Part shown: positions 16,065 to 25,635 of the stretch, in pieces
Numbering within the stretch: position 1 is the first letter of the stretch
How the letters are laid out: the number at the start of each line of letters is the position of its first letter
Assembly: GCA_052147455.1 (NCBI GenBank)
Contig: JBKQKO010000001.1
Coordinates: forward strand, 9,379 to 73,378
DNA length: 64,000 bases
DNA from: Desulfobaccales bacterium
GTDB lineage: Bacteria; Desulfobacterota; Desulfobaccia; Desulfobaccales; 0-14-0-80-60-11
Reading direction: 5' to 3'
The notes under the pieces: generated by a model
Seen by the model: only the letters and a program-made list of their open reading frames with translations
The model's database searches: none
Told to the model about the DNA's origin: nothing
Program-made: the position numbers and the translations under genes

Positions 16065-17113
16065 GAGATGGCCTTCTGGCGCAGCAGGAAATCCGCCAGG
16101 GTAAGGCGCACCATGGCCAGAATCACCGGGACGATGCGGGGAATGGCGCTGATGTCGTGGCGGCCGCCCACCGAGATAGTGCGGGGGCGGCCCTCCAGGT
16201 CAACGGTCTGCTGCTTCCGGGCGATGGAGGAAATGGGTTTGACCGCGGCGGTGACCACCAGGTCGTCACCGGTGCTGATGCCTGCCAGGATGCCGCCGGC
16301 GTGGTTGGAGGCGAAGCCTCCGGGGATTAGGGGGTCGTTGTGCTCCGAGCCCAACATGCGGGCTGCCCCAAAGCCGGCGCCGATCTCCACCCCTTTCACC
16401 GCGCCCACGGACATCACTGCCTGGGCCAGGATGGCGTCCAGCTTGTCAAAGACCGGCTCGCCCAGGCCAGGGGGGCAGCCCTGCACCCGCACCTGCACCA
16501 GGCCGCCCAGGGAGTCTCCCCGGTCCTTGACTTCCTGCACCCGGGCGGCCATGGCCGGCACCACCTCCAGGTCCGGGCAAAAGAAGGGATTGTCCCAGAT
16601 GCTGGCCTCGTCTAGCTTTTCGGCCCGGATGCCGCCCAGTTCCAGGGTATAGGCAAGCACCCGGATGTGGTCCCGATCCAGAACCTTCTGGGCCACCGCT
16701 GCCGCGGCCACCCGGGCCACGGTTTCCCGGGCTGAGGCCCGGCCGCCCCCCCGGTGGTCCCGAATGCCGTATTTGGCCTGAAAGGTGAAGTCGCCGTGCC
16801 CGGGGCGGAAGACCTCCCGCAGGGCCTCGTAGTCCTGGCTCTTAACGTCCCGGTTGTAAACGATGAGGCTGATGGGGGTGCCGGTGGTGCGGCCCTCAAA
16901 GACGCCGGAGAGGATTTCCACTGCATCGGGCTCTTGCCGCGAGGTGGCGTGGGCCTGAACCCCCGGACGGCGCCGCTCCAACTCCAGTTGCACATCTCCG
17001 GGGCTCAAAGGCAGCCGGGGCGGGCAGCCGTCAATGACCGCGCCCAGGGCCGGGCCGTGGGACTCGCCCCAGGTGGTGACCCGAAATACCTGGCCAAAGG
17101 TGTTACCCGCCAT
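16055..17113 (-). CDS. aroC: Chorismate synthase
   Basis: The signature N-terminus is MAGNTFGQVFRVTTWGESHGPALGAVIDGCPP. The protein is 352 aa. Confidence 0.93.
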   Translation of the reverse strand: MAGNTFGQVFRVTTWGESHGPALGAVIDGCPPRLPLSPGDVQLELERRRPGVQAHATSRQEPDAVEILSGVFEGRTTGTPISLIVYNRDVKSQDYEALREVFRPGHGDFTFQAKYGIRDHRGGGRASARETVARVAAAAVAQKVLDRDHIRVLAYTLELGGIRAEKLDEASIWDNPFFCPDLEVVPAMAARVQEVKDRGDSLGGLVQVRVQGCPPGLGEPVFDKLDAILAQAVMSVGAVKGVEIGAGFGAARMLGSEHNDPLIPGGFASNHAGGILAGISTGDDLVVTAAVKPISSIARKQQTVDLEGRPRTISVGGRHDISAIPRIVPVILAMVRLTLADFLLRQKAISWP

Positions 17114-17672
17114 GGCATGCGACTCCGAGAGGCCGAGTGGCAGCCAGGATCAGATCGGCAACCTGGGAGATGCCAAGACCGCCGGTGTCGATTTCCAGGT
17201 CCGCGGCCTGCCGGTAAAGAGATTGCCGTTCAGCGAGCACTCGTTCCACCTCCGCCAGATAGTTATCCGTGGTGAGGCTGGGACGATTCGACGCCTGTGC
17301 CTGGTCCTGCGCCAGGCGTTCCCTGATGGTTTCAGGATCGGCCTTCAGCCAGACCACAACCCCATTTTCTTTTAATTTCTCCACGTTTTCCGGGTCCAGA
17401 ATCACGCCGCCGCCGGTGGCCAGCACCTGGCCCCGGAGCCGGTGGTAGCGGGCCACCAGCGCCTTCTCCCGGCGCCGGAACTCGTCCCAGCCGCCCTGGG
17501 CCACGATTTCGGCCACTGATTGGCGGGCTTCGACCACCAGCACCCGGTCCAGGTCCACGAAGGGACGCTTCAGGACCCGGGCCAGTTTGGCGCCCACCGA
17601 GGTCTTCCCGGTGGCCCGGTAGCCGATGAGGACCAGGTTGCGGTCCGGGCGCTGGTTGCTGGCCTTATCCAT
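17103..17672 (-). CDS. aroK: Shikimate kinase
   Basis: P-loop LIGYRATGKTSVG is present. The protein is 189 aa and the gene sits in the operon with aroC. Confidence 0.85.
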   Translation of the reverse strand: MDKASNQRPDRNLVLIGYRATGKTSVGAKLARVLKRPFVDLDRVLVVEARQSVAEIVAQGGWDEFRRREKALVARYHRLRGQVLATGGGVILDPENVEKLKENGVVVWLKADPETIRERLAQDQAQASNRPSLTTDNYLAEVERVLAERQSLYRQAADLEIDTGGLGISQVADLILAATRPLGVACHGG

Positions 17673-17844
17673 TAAACACCCAGGTCTGATCCTAAAAAAT
17701 CAGGAGGACTAGCGCAAAAATCCCAATATTGGCAATCGGTTGGCCTAAGTTTACCAAAAACTTCCCGAAAAGAGAAGAGAGGAAGAATTACCGGGGCTTA
17801 TAGCTCTCAGCTTTCCGCGGTCAGCTTTCAGTCTGATGCTTAGG

Positions 17845-17987
17845 AAAACAGAAAACAGTCTTCTATAAGCTCTAGCCTGCGCCGCCCAGGCGAGACGCCT
17901 GTGCCACCAGAAAATTGTTCACCTGCCGGCAAACCGTTACCAGACCCCCCTACCGAAAACCGAAAACCGCCTTAAGGCGCAAACCGC
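17845..17987. repeat. Dispersed ~130-bp repeat, copy C (uninterrupted), ending in CCGAAAA heptamers
   Basis: It aligns with 10001-10026 plus 10162-10273, and it abuts the stop codon of the gene at 17990. Confidence 0.75.
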
Positions 17988-17989
17988 CT

Positions 17990-18832
17990 TCAAGGCAGGC
18001 GAAAACTGGCCCCTTCCCGGGCGGCGTCGAGATAGTGAAGCTTGGTACTTTTAGCCGCCAGTTTCCGGGCCTGGGTGATGATCTTTTTCACCTCGGCGTC
18101 GCTGCGGCCAGGATCGTGGTGGGTCAGGATCAGGCTGCGGGCTCCCGCCATTTGGGCCAGGGTCACCGCCTCCGCGTAGGTGGAGTGACCCCAGCCCAGG
18201 TGCTTCGACATATCGGAAGGCAGAAATTGGGCGTCATGGATCAACAGGTCGCAGTCCCGGGCGAATTCCGCAAATTCCGGCATCCTCCGGCCCTGGTCGG
18301 TCCCCAGCTCGTTGTCGGTGATGAAGACCATGGAGTGGTCTCCCTCCCGGAAGCGGAAGCCGAAGCCCCCCTGGGGATGATTAGTGTGAATGGAGTCAAT
18401 GCGGACCCCGTCCACTTCCAGGGGCCCATGGGCCAGGCGGTTGAGAAAGTCGATGCGGGCCTTAAGATTTTCAAAGGCCACCGGGAAAAATCCGTCCCCC
18501 AAGTTGCTGTCGAAGACCCGGGTCATGGCCTGAAAGGCCGGCGGCCAACCGTCCACCTGGATCTCGGTGGTTCCCTGGTAAATGGGAAGAAAGAAGGGGA
18601 TGCCCAGGAGGTGGTCCCAATGGCCATGGCTGAGGAGCAAGTGGATTTTGACGGGAGCGGCGTTCTCCAGCAAATGTTTCCCCAGGAGGCGCAGGCCGGT
18701 GCCGCCGTCGATGATGAGGCGTTTTCCGCGGTTCAGCAAGACTTCCACGCAGGTGGTGTTGCCCCCGAACTCCAGGGTATCAGGCCCGGGAGAAGGAATT
18801 GAGCCCCGGGTCCCCCAAAACTTGATCTCCAT
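17990..18832 (-). CDS. MBL-fold metallo-hydrolase
   Basis: The HGHWDH metal-binding motif is present. The protein is 280 aa. Confidence 0.8.
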   Translation of the reverse strand: MEIKFWGTRGSIPSPGPDTLEFGGNTTCVEVLLNRGKRLIIDGGTGLRLLGKHLLENAAPVKIHLLLSHGHWDHLLGIPFFLPIYQGTTEIQVDGWPPAFQAMTRVFDSNLGDGFFPVAFENLKARIDFLNRLAHGPLEVDGVRIDSIHTNHPQGGFGFRFREGDHSMVFITDNELGTDQGRRMPEFAEFARDCDLLIHDAQFLPSDMSKHLGWGHSTYAEAVTLAQMAGARSLILTHHDPGRSDAEVKKIITQARKLAAKSTKLHYLDAAREGASFRLP

Positions 18833-19095
18833 CGTCTCAGCTCCTCTCAGGATTGATGCCGCACCTTATAATTAAGCCGGCCGTTAGGGACGTTAGCCTT
18901 CCAGACATTAAAGACCATAGCCGGGTTGGGGTCAAGTTAATGATGCAATTTCTCATTTCCGGGAGCACCGGCGTTTCGCCTGTGTATGATGCAGGGAGCG
19001 CACCGTGCCCCTCCCGCGTGGGCAGGCATCTCGCCCGACCCTTACAGGACGCCGCTCCCCGCTTTTCAGAGAATTTGATTGTTCTCAACAGCCGG

Positions 19096-20166
19096 TCATT
19101 CCCCCAGGGAAACGGGAAGCCGCTCCATTTCCAGGAAGGCGGCCACCAGCCCGAAGCAGCCGGTGAGCATCATATCTCCCAGGGGAGCCGCGAAGACGCC
19201 GGGCCAGCCCCGGGCCAGGCGCCGCCGGGGGCCGGTGACGATGGTAAAGGTAAAGGGAGCCGCCGGCGGATAACCGGGGGCATAGGCGCAGCCGTGTCCC
19301 TGGTCGGCGAAGACCTCGTCGTTGGTTAACTCTCCGGACTGAAAGCGCCCCAACTGGGCAAACAGTTTGCTCTGATCCAAAAGACCGGTGTGGTGCTCAT
19401 AGATGCCCCAGAGGCGGTCTTCCCGGACCAGGGCTGCAAAGGTGTGGGCGTTGCCCAGGTTGACCACCATCAGGCCGGAGTTCAGGTGTTGCTGGGCCTG
19501 GGGGTCCAGCAGCGCTCCCCGTACTCCGGCAGTGCAGGTGTCCATAAGCAGCACCCCTGGCAGGGTCTCGGCCACGGCCTGCATCCGGGTGAAGAACTCG
19601 GGAGGCTGGCGGCTGGCCAGGTCCCGCAAGACTCCGCCCCGGGAGAGCATCTCTTCCCAATAGCGGAAGCGGAAACGGCGATTGCTCCCCTGAGGATAAA
19701 ACCCGTGGTCCTGCACCGCCACCGCAAAGTGGCGTGGGCAAGGGACCTCAAAGGCCGCCAGCAGCCGGCCCAAACCTTCCGGGTCCACATCGCCCAAGGT
19801 CAGGGGAGTGGCCTCCGGGGGCGGGGTTTCGGTGAGGGCCACCCCCCAGGCCGCCACCTGCTCCAGGCGGTCGCTCAGGGTGAGGGCGGCCTGGCGGGTG
19901 GCAGAGACCGGCAGCCCCAGGGCCAGGTGGCGCCGCACCGCCTGGCTGACCGCGCCGCCGCCCATCAGTCGGCCTTGCAAAAAGATGGGCCGTCCCTCAT
20001 CGCCCAGGCGGCCGATGCGGCGGGCCAGGATTTGGGTGGGGGCCGGCAGCACCAGCTTCACCGCGTTCTCCACCGGTTGGCCCGGCTCCCAGATAAACAG
20101 GTCCTGGGTGCCGCCCCCTATATCCAGGGCCATGATGGGACCGCGGCGCGGATGATTAGTAGCCAT
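19096..20166 (-). CDS. ASKHA-fold (actin/sugar-kinase-like) protein, DUF1786-like
   Basis: An N-terminal phosphate-1 motif ALDIGGGTQD is present. The protein is 356 aa. The start could be the second Met at 20133. Confidence 0.5.
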   Translation of the reverse strand: MATNHPRRGPIMALDIGGGTQDLFIWEPGQPVENAVKLVLPAPTQILARRIGRLGDEGRPIFLQGRLMGGGAVSQAVRRHLALGLPVSATRQAALTLSDRLEQVAAWGVALTETPPPEATPLTLGDVDPEGLGRLLAAFEVPCPRHFAVAVQDHGFYPQGSNRRFRFRYWEEMLSRGGVLRDLASRQPPEFFTRMQAVAETLPGVLLMDTCTAGVRGALLDPQAQQHLNSGLMVVNLGNAHTFAALVREDRLWGIYEHHTGLLDQSKLFAQLGRFQSGELTNDEVFADQGHGCAYAPGYPPAAPFTFTIVTGPRRRLARGWPGVFAAPLGDMMLTGCFGLVAAFLEMERLPVSLGE

Positions 20167-20181
20167 GCAAGTAACGAGAGG

Positions 20182-20802
20182 TCAGCCGGTTTCAGGCGGC
20201 GACCCGGACGCTTTGAGTTTCCATAGTAAATAGGCAGCCAGCCCCAGCATTCCGGCCAGCACGAGATAATCCAGGATGTGGGTATAATCCTGGATGAGGC
20301 GCCAGTTTTCCTTGAGGCGTATCCCCAGGTAGGCCAGGAAGCCGTTATATAACGTGGCTCCCGCCGCGGTATACAGGATAAAGGGCACCAAGGACATGCG
20401 GGCCAGGCCCGCCGGGATGGAGATCAAGTGGCGCACCACCGGGAGGAAGCGGGACAGGAAAATTGTCTTGCCGCCGTGGCGGCGGAAAAACCTGTTGGTC
20501 CACTCCAGGTGGTGCGGATTGAGGAACAGGTAGCGGCCGTAACGGAGCACCACCGGCTCCCCCAGCATTCCCATGCCGTAGGATAGCAGCGAGCCGCAAA
20601 TGGACCCCAGGCTGCTGGCCGTCATCACCGCCAGGAAATCCAATTGGCCGCTGAAGATTAAGAAGCCGGCAAAGGGCATGACCAGTTCGTTGGGAACCGG
20701 GGCGATCATGCTCCCCAGGGCCATCAGCACGAAGATGCCCGGGTAGCTGCACTGGCTGATGAACAGAGTATTAGCGTAACAGAGAGATTCGGTAAGTCCC
20801 AT
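20182..20802 (-). CDS. DedA-family membrane protein
   Basis: VPNELVMPFAGF and SRFLPVVRHLISIPAG motifs are present, with 5-6 TM helices. Confidence 0.8.
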   Translation of the reverse strand: MGLTESLCYANTLFISQCSYPGIFVLMALGSMIAPVPNELVMPFAGFLIFSGQLDFLAVMTASSLGSICGSLLSYGMGMLGEPVVLRYGRYLFLNPHHLEWTNRFFRRHGGKTIFLSRFLPVVRHLISIPAGLARMSLVPFILYTAAGATLYNGFLAYLGIRLKENWRLIQDYTHILDYLVLAGMLGLAAYLLWKLKASGSPPETG

Positions 20803-20982
20803 GCGGCGTCAACTTTCTCCTAATTCGCCATTTTGCAGTTGCCACTCTCCTTCCTCAAAATCAACGGTTTATTATAACTAAAGGAAGATATCTCTAAAAG
20901 AGCTTATCTTGCGGTTTTCCCTTGAAATGCGCCTGGTTTAAGAAGATAAATAATATAATTATCTTCTTCATGAGGTTTGACT

Positions 20983-21942
20983 ATGAGCCAATGCGAAATC
21001 TACGATCTGATTATCGTGGGAGGAGGCCCGGGCGGTCTCAGCGCCGGGATCTATGCCATGCGGGCGGCGCTGAAGACGGTTCTCATCGAAAAGGGGCTTC
21101 CAGGCGGCCAGGTGAATCTTACCGAGTCGGTGGAGAATTACCCCGGTTTTGACAAGATCAGCGGCTTCGACCTGTCCCAGAAGTTCTTGCAGCATGCCCA
21201 GGGCTACGGCCTGGAGGTGAGGCAGCAGGAAGTGGCGGAGGTGCAACCGGGGCTGGAGTTCCATTCGGTGCGGCTGGCCAACGGCGACCTTCTCAACGCC
21301 CACGCGGTGATCCTGGGCACCGGCGGCAAGGCCCGCAAGCTGAAGATCCCCGGGGAATCGGAATACTACGGACATGGGGTTTCCTATTGCGCCACCTGCG
21401 ACGGTTTTTTCTTCCGGGGCAAGAATGTGGCTGTGGTGGGCGGTGGTGATACCGCCCTGGAGGAAGCCCTTTACCTGGCCAAGATAACCCGGCAGGTGCA
21501 CCTGGTCCATCGTCGGAACGCCTTGCGCGGCGGCCGCATCTTGCAGCAGCGGGTCATGGCGGAGGCCAACATTGAAATCCTCTGGAACACTATCCCCACG
21601 GAAATCCTGGCCAATGACCAGGGGGTGCGGGGCGTCACCCTGCAAGACAAGCAGACCGGGATTTTGAGGGAGCTGCCGGTGGACGGCGTCTTCATCTTCA
21701 TCGGCTTCCTTCCCAATAACCAGCTGGTGCCCGAGGGCGTTCGCATGGATCACGACGGCTACGTGATGACCGATGAGAAGTGCGAAACCAACATCTCGGG
21801 AATCTTCGCCATTGGCGACCTCAGGCAAAAGTACGCCAGGCAGATCGTCACGGCCGCGGCGGAGGGCTGCACCGCGGCCCTGGCCGCGGCCCTCTGCGTG
21901 GAAATGAAAAAGAGCGGCCAGGCCTGTCTTCATCAAAAATAG
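20983..21942 (+). CDS. trxB: Thioredoxin-disulfide reductase
   Basis: The FAD motif is GGGPGG, the redox centre is CATCDG and the NADPH motif is GGGDTALEEA. I placed the start at ATG 20983, downstream of a GAGG. Confidence 0.92.
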   Translation: MSQCEIYDLIIVGGGPGGLSAGIYAMRAALKTVLIEKGLPGGQVNLTESVENYPGFDKISGFDLSQKFLQHAQGYGLEVRQQEVAEVQPGLEFHSVRLANGDLLNAHAVILGTGGKARKLKIPGESEYYGHGVSYCATCDGFFFRGKNVAVVGGGDTALEEALYLAKITRQVHLVHRRNALRGGRILQQRVMAEANIEILWNTIPTEILANDQGVRGVTLQDKQTGILRELPVDGVFIFIGFLPNNQLVPEGVRMDHDGYVMTDEKCETNISGIFAIGDLRQKYARQIVTAAAEGCTAALAAALCVEMKKSGQACLHQK

Positions 21943-22049
21943 CGGTCAGCTAGCAGCGGTCAGCTAAAGCAAAACCGAAAACGAAAATCCAAAAGTTGAC
22001 CGCGGACCGCTAATCGGCTGACGGCTAAGAAAATCGTCCCTGCCCTGCC

Positions 22050-23057
22050 CTAACCCCGGGAGAAGACGTCCGCCTCCAGGTCGAGGCGGGCCCCGGCCGC
22101 CAGCAGATGGTAACCCAGGGCCGCCACCATGGCGGCATTGTCGCCGCACAAGTGGAGGGGCGGCAGGAACAGCCCGGCGCCGCTTGCTGCGGCCCGCTCC
22201 TGAAGAACCTGGCGCAGGCGGCCATTGGCCGCTACCCCGCCACAGACCAGCAGGCGGTCGCCGCCGGTCTGGGAATTTTTGGTTAGTGCCAGCCAGGAGC
22301 GGCTCACCAGGGCCTCCACCACCGCTTCCTGGAAGCCGGCGGCCAGGTCGGCCCGGGCCTGGGGGTCGGTAAGAATCTCCGGGTGTCTTTTGAGGGTAAG
22401 GGCCACCGCGGTCTTCAGGCCGCTGAAGCTGAAGGTCAGGGGCTCCTCCAAGATGCGGGGCCGGGGCAGGTGGAAGGTGGCGGCGCGGCCCACGGCCGCC
22501 AATTTTTCGATCCTGGGGCCGCCGGGATAGCCCAGGCGCAGGAGCCTGGCCACCTTATCAAAGGCCTCCCCGGCGGCGTCATCCCGGCTTCTACCCAGAA
22601 GTTTCATTTCCAAAAAGCCGTTTACCCGGTAGAGGTTGGTGTGGCCGCCGGAAACCACCAGGGCCACCAGGGGGAAGGACGGCGGCTTCCCGGTCAGAAA
22701 GGCCGACAGGATATGGGCCTGGAGGTGGTGGACCCCGGCCAGCGGCAAGCGGTGCAGGAAGGCCAGGGTCTTGGCCACGGCCATCCCGATGACCAGGGCG
22801 CCGATGAGCCCGGGCCCCTGGGTCACGGCCAGGCCGTCCAGCTCTTTAAGGGTCACGCCGGCCTGGTCCAGGGCCGCCTGGATCACCGGCAGGATGTTCT
22901 CCAGGTGCCGCCGGGCCGCTATCTCCGGCACCACCCCCCCGTAGGCGGCGTGCAAATCGAACTGGGTGGCCACCACCGAGGAGAGGATGCGCCGGCCATC
23001 CGCCACTACCGCGGCCGCGGTCTCATCGCAGGAAGTCTCGATGCCCAAGATAAGCAT
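22050..23057 (-). CDS. tsaD: tRNA N6-adenosine threonylcarbamoyltransferase
   Basis: MLILGIETSCDETAAAVV is at the N-terminus. The metal site is GVHHLQAHI. The protein is 335 aa. Confidence 0.92.
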   Translation of the reverse strand: MLILGIETSCDETAAAVVADGRRILSSVVATQFDLHAAYGGVVPEIAARRHLENILPVIQAALDQAGVTLKELDGLAVTQGPGLIGALVIGMAVAKTLAFLHRLPLAGVHHLQAHILSAFLTGKPPSFPLVALVVSGGHTNLYRVNGFLEMKLLGRSRDDAAGEAFDKVARLLRLGYPGGPRIEKLAAVGRAATFHLPRPRILEEPLTFSFSGLKTAVALTLKRHPEILTDPQARADLAAGFQEAVVEALVSRSWLALTKNSQTGGDRLLVCGGVAANGRLRQVLQERAAASGAGLFLPPLHLCGDNAAMVAALGYHLLAAGARLDLEADVFSRG

Positions 23058-23062
23058 TTTTT

Positions 23063-23668
23063 TCAGGGGCGCGCCGCGGCACTATCCGGGCTTTCTGAGA
23101 TGATTAGATGAGGCCTGAGGTTCTCCAGTTTTTTCAGGCCGATGCCGGAAACTTGCAGCAGGTCGTCGATTTTCCTAAAGGGGCCGTAGGCGGTCCGATA
23201 GGTGACGATGGCTTGGGCCAGGGCCGGGCCGATCCCGGGGATGGCCTTAAGATCGTCGGCACTGGCGGTGTTCAGCTCCAGGGGCAGGCCCAGGGTGAGG
23301 AGTTGGGCGCCGGCCATGCGACTCAGCTGGTATTGCCGATCCGGGCTGATGGTAACCAGGCTGCCCGAGGTGATTTTACCTATTTTATCAGTCTGGTCAG
23401 GACCAGGGGCGGGCGCGGCCATCCCCGTGCCGCCGCCCTGACGCCAGACCTCCGCCAGGCTCGGAGAGTGGTCGAAGGAATAGACCCCGGGCGTGGCCAC
23501 CGCGCCGCGCACTTCCACAAACACCGGGTTGAAGTCTGGTCCCAGGGGCGGGGGAGGTGCGGGACCCAAACCGAAATTGGCCCGCCAGGCCCATAATAGT
23601 AAAAGGCCCGCCCCCAGCAGCAAAATGACTCCCAGTTGCGACCGGCTGAAGCAGGGGAGGTTTTTCAT
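23063..23668 (-). CDS. ComEA-like helix-hairpin-helix DNA-binding protein
   Basis: An N-terminal TM anchor is followed by C-terminal tandem HhH motifs (LNTASADDLKAIPGIGPALAQAIV...LLQVSGIGLKKLENL). Confidence 0.8.
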   Translation of the reverse strand: MKNLPCFSRSQLGVILLLGAGLLLLWAWRANFGLGPAPPPPLGPDFNPVFVEVRGAVATPGVYSFDHSPSLAEVWRQGGGTGMAAPAPGPDQTDKIGKITSGSLVTISPDRQYQLSRMAGAQLLTLGLPLELNTASADDLKAIPGIGPALAQAIVTYRTAYGPFRKIDDLLQVSGIGLKKLENLRPHLIISESPDSAAARP

Positions 23669-23906
23669 TAAGTTACGAGGTCTCGCTTTTAGGAAAGAAT
23701 ATATATGGCCGCCGGAAGGGAGGGGCGCCCCACGCCTGACACGGCAAACCGCCGCGGTGATTTGGCGTTTTTTTAGCGAACCATCATGACCTAGAGGTCA
23801 CATCGAATAATGAAAATTAGCAGTGATGGTGGGGCGGCCGTCCCTGGCCGCCTCTATTTGGCGATTACTGCGGCCCGCCCCACCGGAAGATCAGGGCCAA
23901 GGCCGG

Positions 23907-25556
23907 TTAGCGGGCCTGCGCTTCGTCTTTGAAGAGCTTGTAGCTGATGCCATCCACCAGGGCGGCCCAGGAGGCCTCGATGATGTCATGCGAAACCCCA
24001 ACGGTGCCCCAACGGTCGTGGGCGTCCCGGGACTCGATGAGGACCCGCACCTTGGCGTCGGTGCTGCCGGAGCCCGGCAGGACCCGCACCTTGTAGTCAT
24101 CCAGGCGCATCTCGGCCAGCCGCGGGTAGAAGCGGAGCAAGGCCTTGAGCAGGGCCTTGAACAGGGCGTTCACCGGGCCGTTGCCCATGGCCGCGGTGTG
24201 TACCTCGTGGAGGCCGACCCGCACCCGGATGGTGGCCTCCGGCACCGGCACATCCTCTTCCCCCGACTTCTGGTCTACCACCCGGTAGCTCAGGAGGCGA
24301 AAGTACTCCCGATATTGGCCCAGGGCGGCCCGGAGCAGCAGCTCCAGGGAGGCCTCGGCGCTTTCGAACTGGTAGCCTTCGGATTCCAGGTCCTTGACCC
24401 GCTCCAGGATGGTTTGCAGGGCTCCGGTGCTCTTGGGCGGGATCTTCAGGCCCATCTCCTGGATCTTCTCCAGGGCGAATTGCACGTCCCGGTCATGGGC
24501 CTCCGGCTCCAATCCCAGCTCCTTGGCCTTGAGGAAGATGCTGCTCTTGCCGGAGAGGTCAGAGACCGGAAATTGCCGGACGTTGCCGACCAGCTCGGGC
24601 GAGAGGTGCTCGTAGGCCCGGGGGTTGCGCTTCACCGCGGCGGCGTGCACCCCGCCTTTGTGGGCAAAGGCGCTGACGCCCACGTAAGGCTGGTAACGAT
24701 TGGGATGGACATTGGCCAGCTCGTAGACGAAGCGGGAGAGCTCCGTCAATCGTTTGAGGTTCGCATTGCTGAGGCAATCAATCCCCATCTTCAGCTTCAA
24801 TGCCGGAATGATGGAGCAGAGATTGGCGTTGCCGCAGCGTTCCCCGAAGCCGTTGATGGTTCCATGCACCTGCTGGCAGCCCAGCTCGACCGCGGCCAGG
24901 CTGTTGGCCACCGCCAGCTCCGAGTCGTTGTGGGCGTGGATGCCTAAAGGAACCCGGCGGAACTTCTTCTGTACCGCCTTGATGATGCCGGCCAATTCGG
25001 AGGTTAGGGTGCCGCCGTTGGTGTCGCACAGTATCAGACACTGGGCCCCGCCGGCCACCGCGGCCTCCAGACTCTGGAGGGCGTATTCCCGGTCATCCTT
25101 GAAGCCGTCGAAAAAGTGCTCGGCGTCATAAAACAGCTCCGCCACATGGGCCTTGACATAGCTCAGGGAATGGCGGATGAGTTCCAGGTTGCGCTCCGGG
25201 GTGGTCTGCAGGATCTCCTTCACCTGGAAGAGGGAGGATTTCCCGAAGATGGTGATCACCTGGGCCCGGCTGAGTAACAGTTCCTGGAAAACCGGGTCCG
25301 ACTCCGGAGGCCGATCCTTATGATGGGTGCTGCCAAAGGCGGTGATGCGGCTGCCATTGAGCTCGCCGTATTGGCGAATTTCCTCAAAAAAATCACGATC
25401 CTTGGGATTGGAGCCAGGCCAGCCGCCCTCGATATAATGGACCCCGAACTGCGCCAGCTTCCTGGCGATGCGGATCTTGTCAGCCAGGGACAAGGAGAAA
25501 TATTCCGCCTGGGTGCCGTCCCTCAGGGTGGTGTCGTAGATCTTTACCTGGCGCAT
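23907..25556 (-). CDS. cimA: (R)-citramalate synthase (LeuA/CimA family, Geobacter-type)
   Basis: MRQVKIYDTTLRDGTQAE, HYIEGGWPGSNPKD and GTINGFGERCGNANLCSIIPALKLKMG are present, with a C-terminal regulatory domain. I placed the start at ATG 25556. Confidence 0.85.
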   Translation of the reverse strand: MRQVKIYDTTLRDGTQAEYFSLSLADKIRIARKLAQFGVHYIEGGWPGSNPKDRDFFEEIRQYGELNGSRITAFGSTHHKDRPPESDPVFQELLLSRAQVITIFGKSSLFQVKEILQTTPERNLELIRHSLSYVKAHVAELFYDAEHFFDGFKDDREYALQSLEAAVAGGAQCLILCDTNGGTLTSELAGIIKAVQKKFRRVPLGIHAHNDSELAVANSLAAVELGCQQVHGTINGFGERCGNANLCSIIPALKLKMGIDCLSNANLKRLTELSRFVYELANVHPNRYQPYVGVSAFAHKGGVHAAAVKRNPRAYEHLSPELVGNVRQFPVSDLSGKSSIFLKAKELGLEPEAHDRDVQFALEKIQEMGLKIPPKSTGALQTILERVKDLESEGYQFESAEASLELLLRAALGQYREYFRLLSYRVVDQKSGEEDVPVPEATIRVRVGLHEVHTAAMGNGPVNALFKALLKALLRFYPRLAEMRLDDYKVRVLPGSGSTDAKVRVLIESRDAHDRWGTVGVSHDIIEASWAALVDGISYKLFKDEAQAR

Positions 25557-25635
25557 AGCAGGCCCTCTTGAAATGGATTCAAAGTTCAAGGTTCAAAGTT
25601 CAAGGTTAAGTAAAAGTCCAAATCCAATAAATTTT

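Noticed and set aside
13629-16652. Long plus-strand ORFs (13629-15083, 14374-15180, 15258-16652) opposite serS, tyrA and aroC
   Set aside because: These are shadow frames of well-recognised minus-strand genes. They have no motifs, are rich in Arg, Pro and Gly, and cross REP elements.
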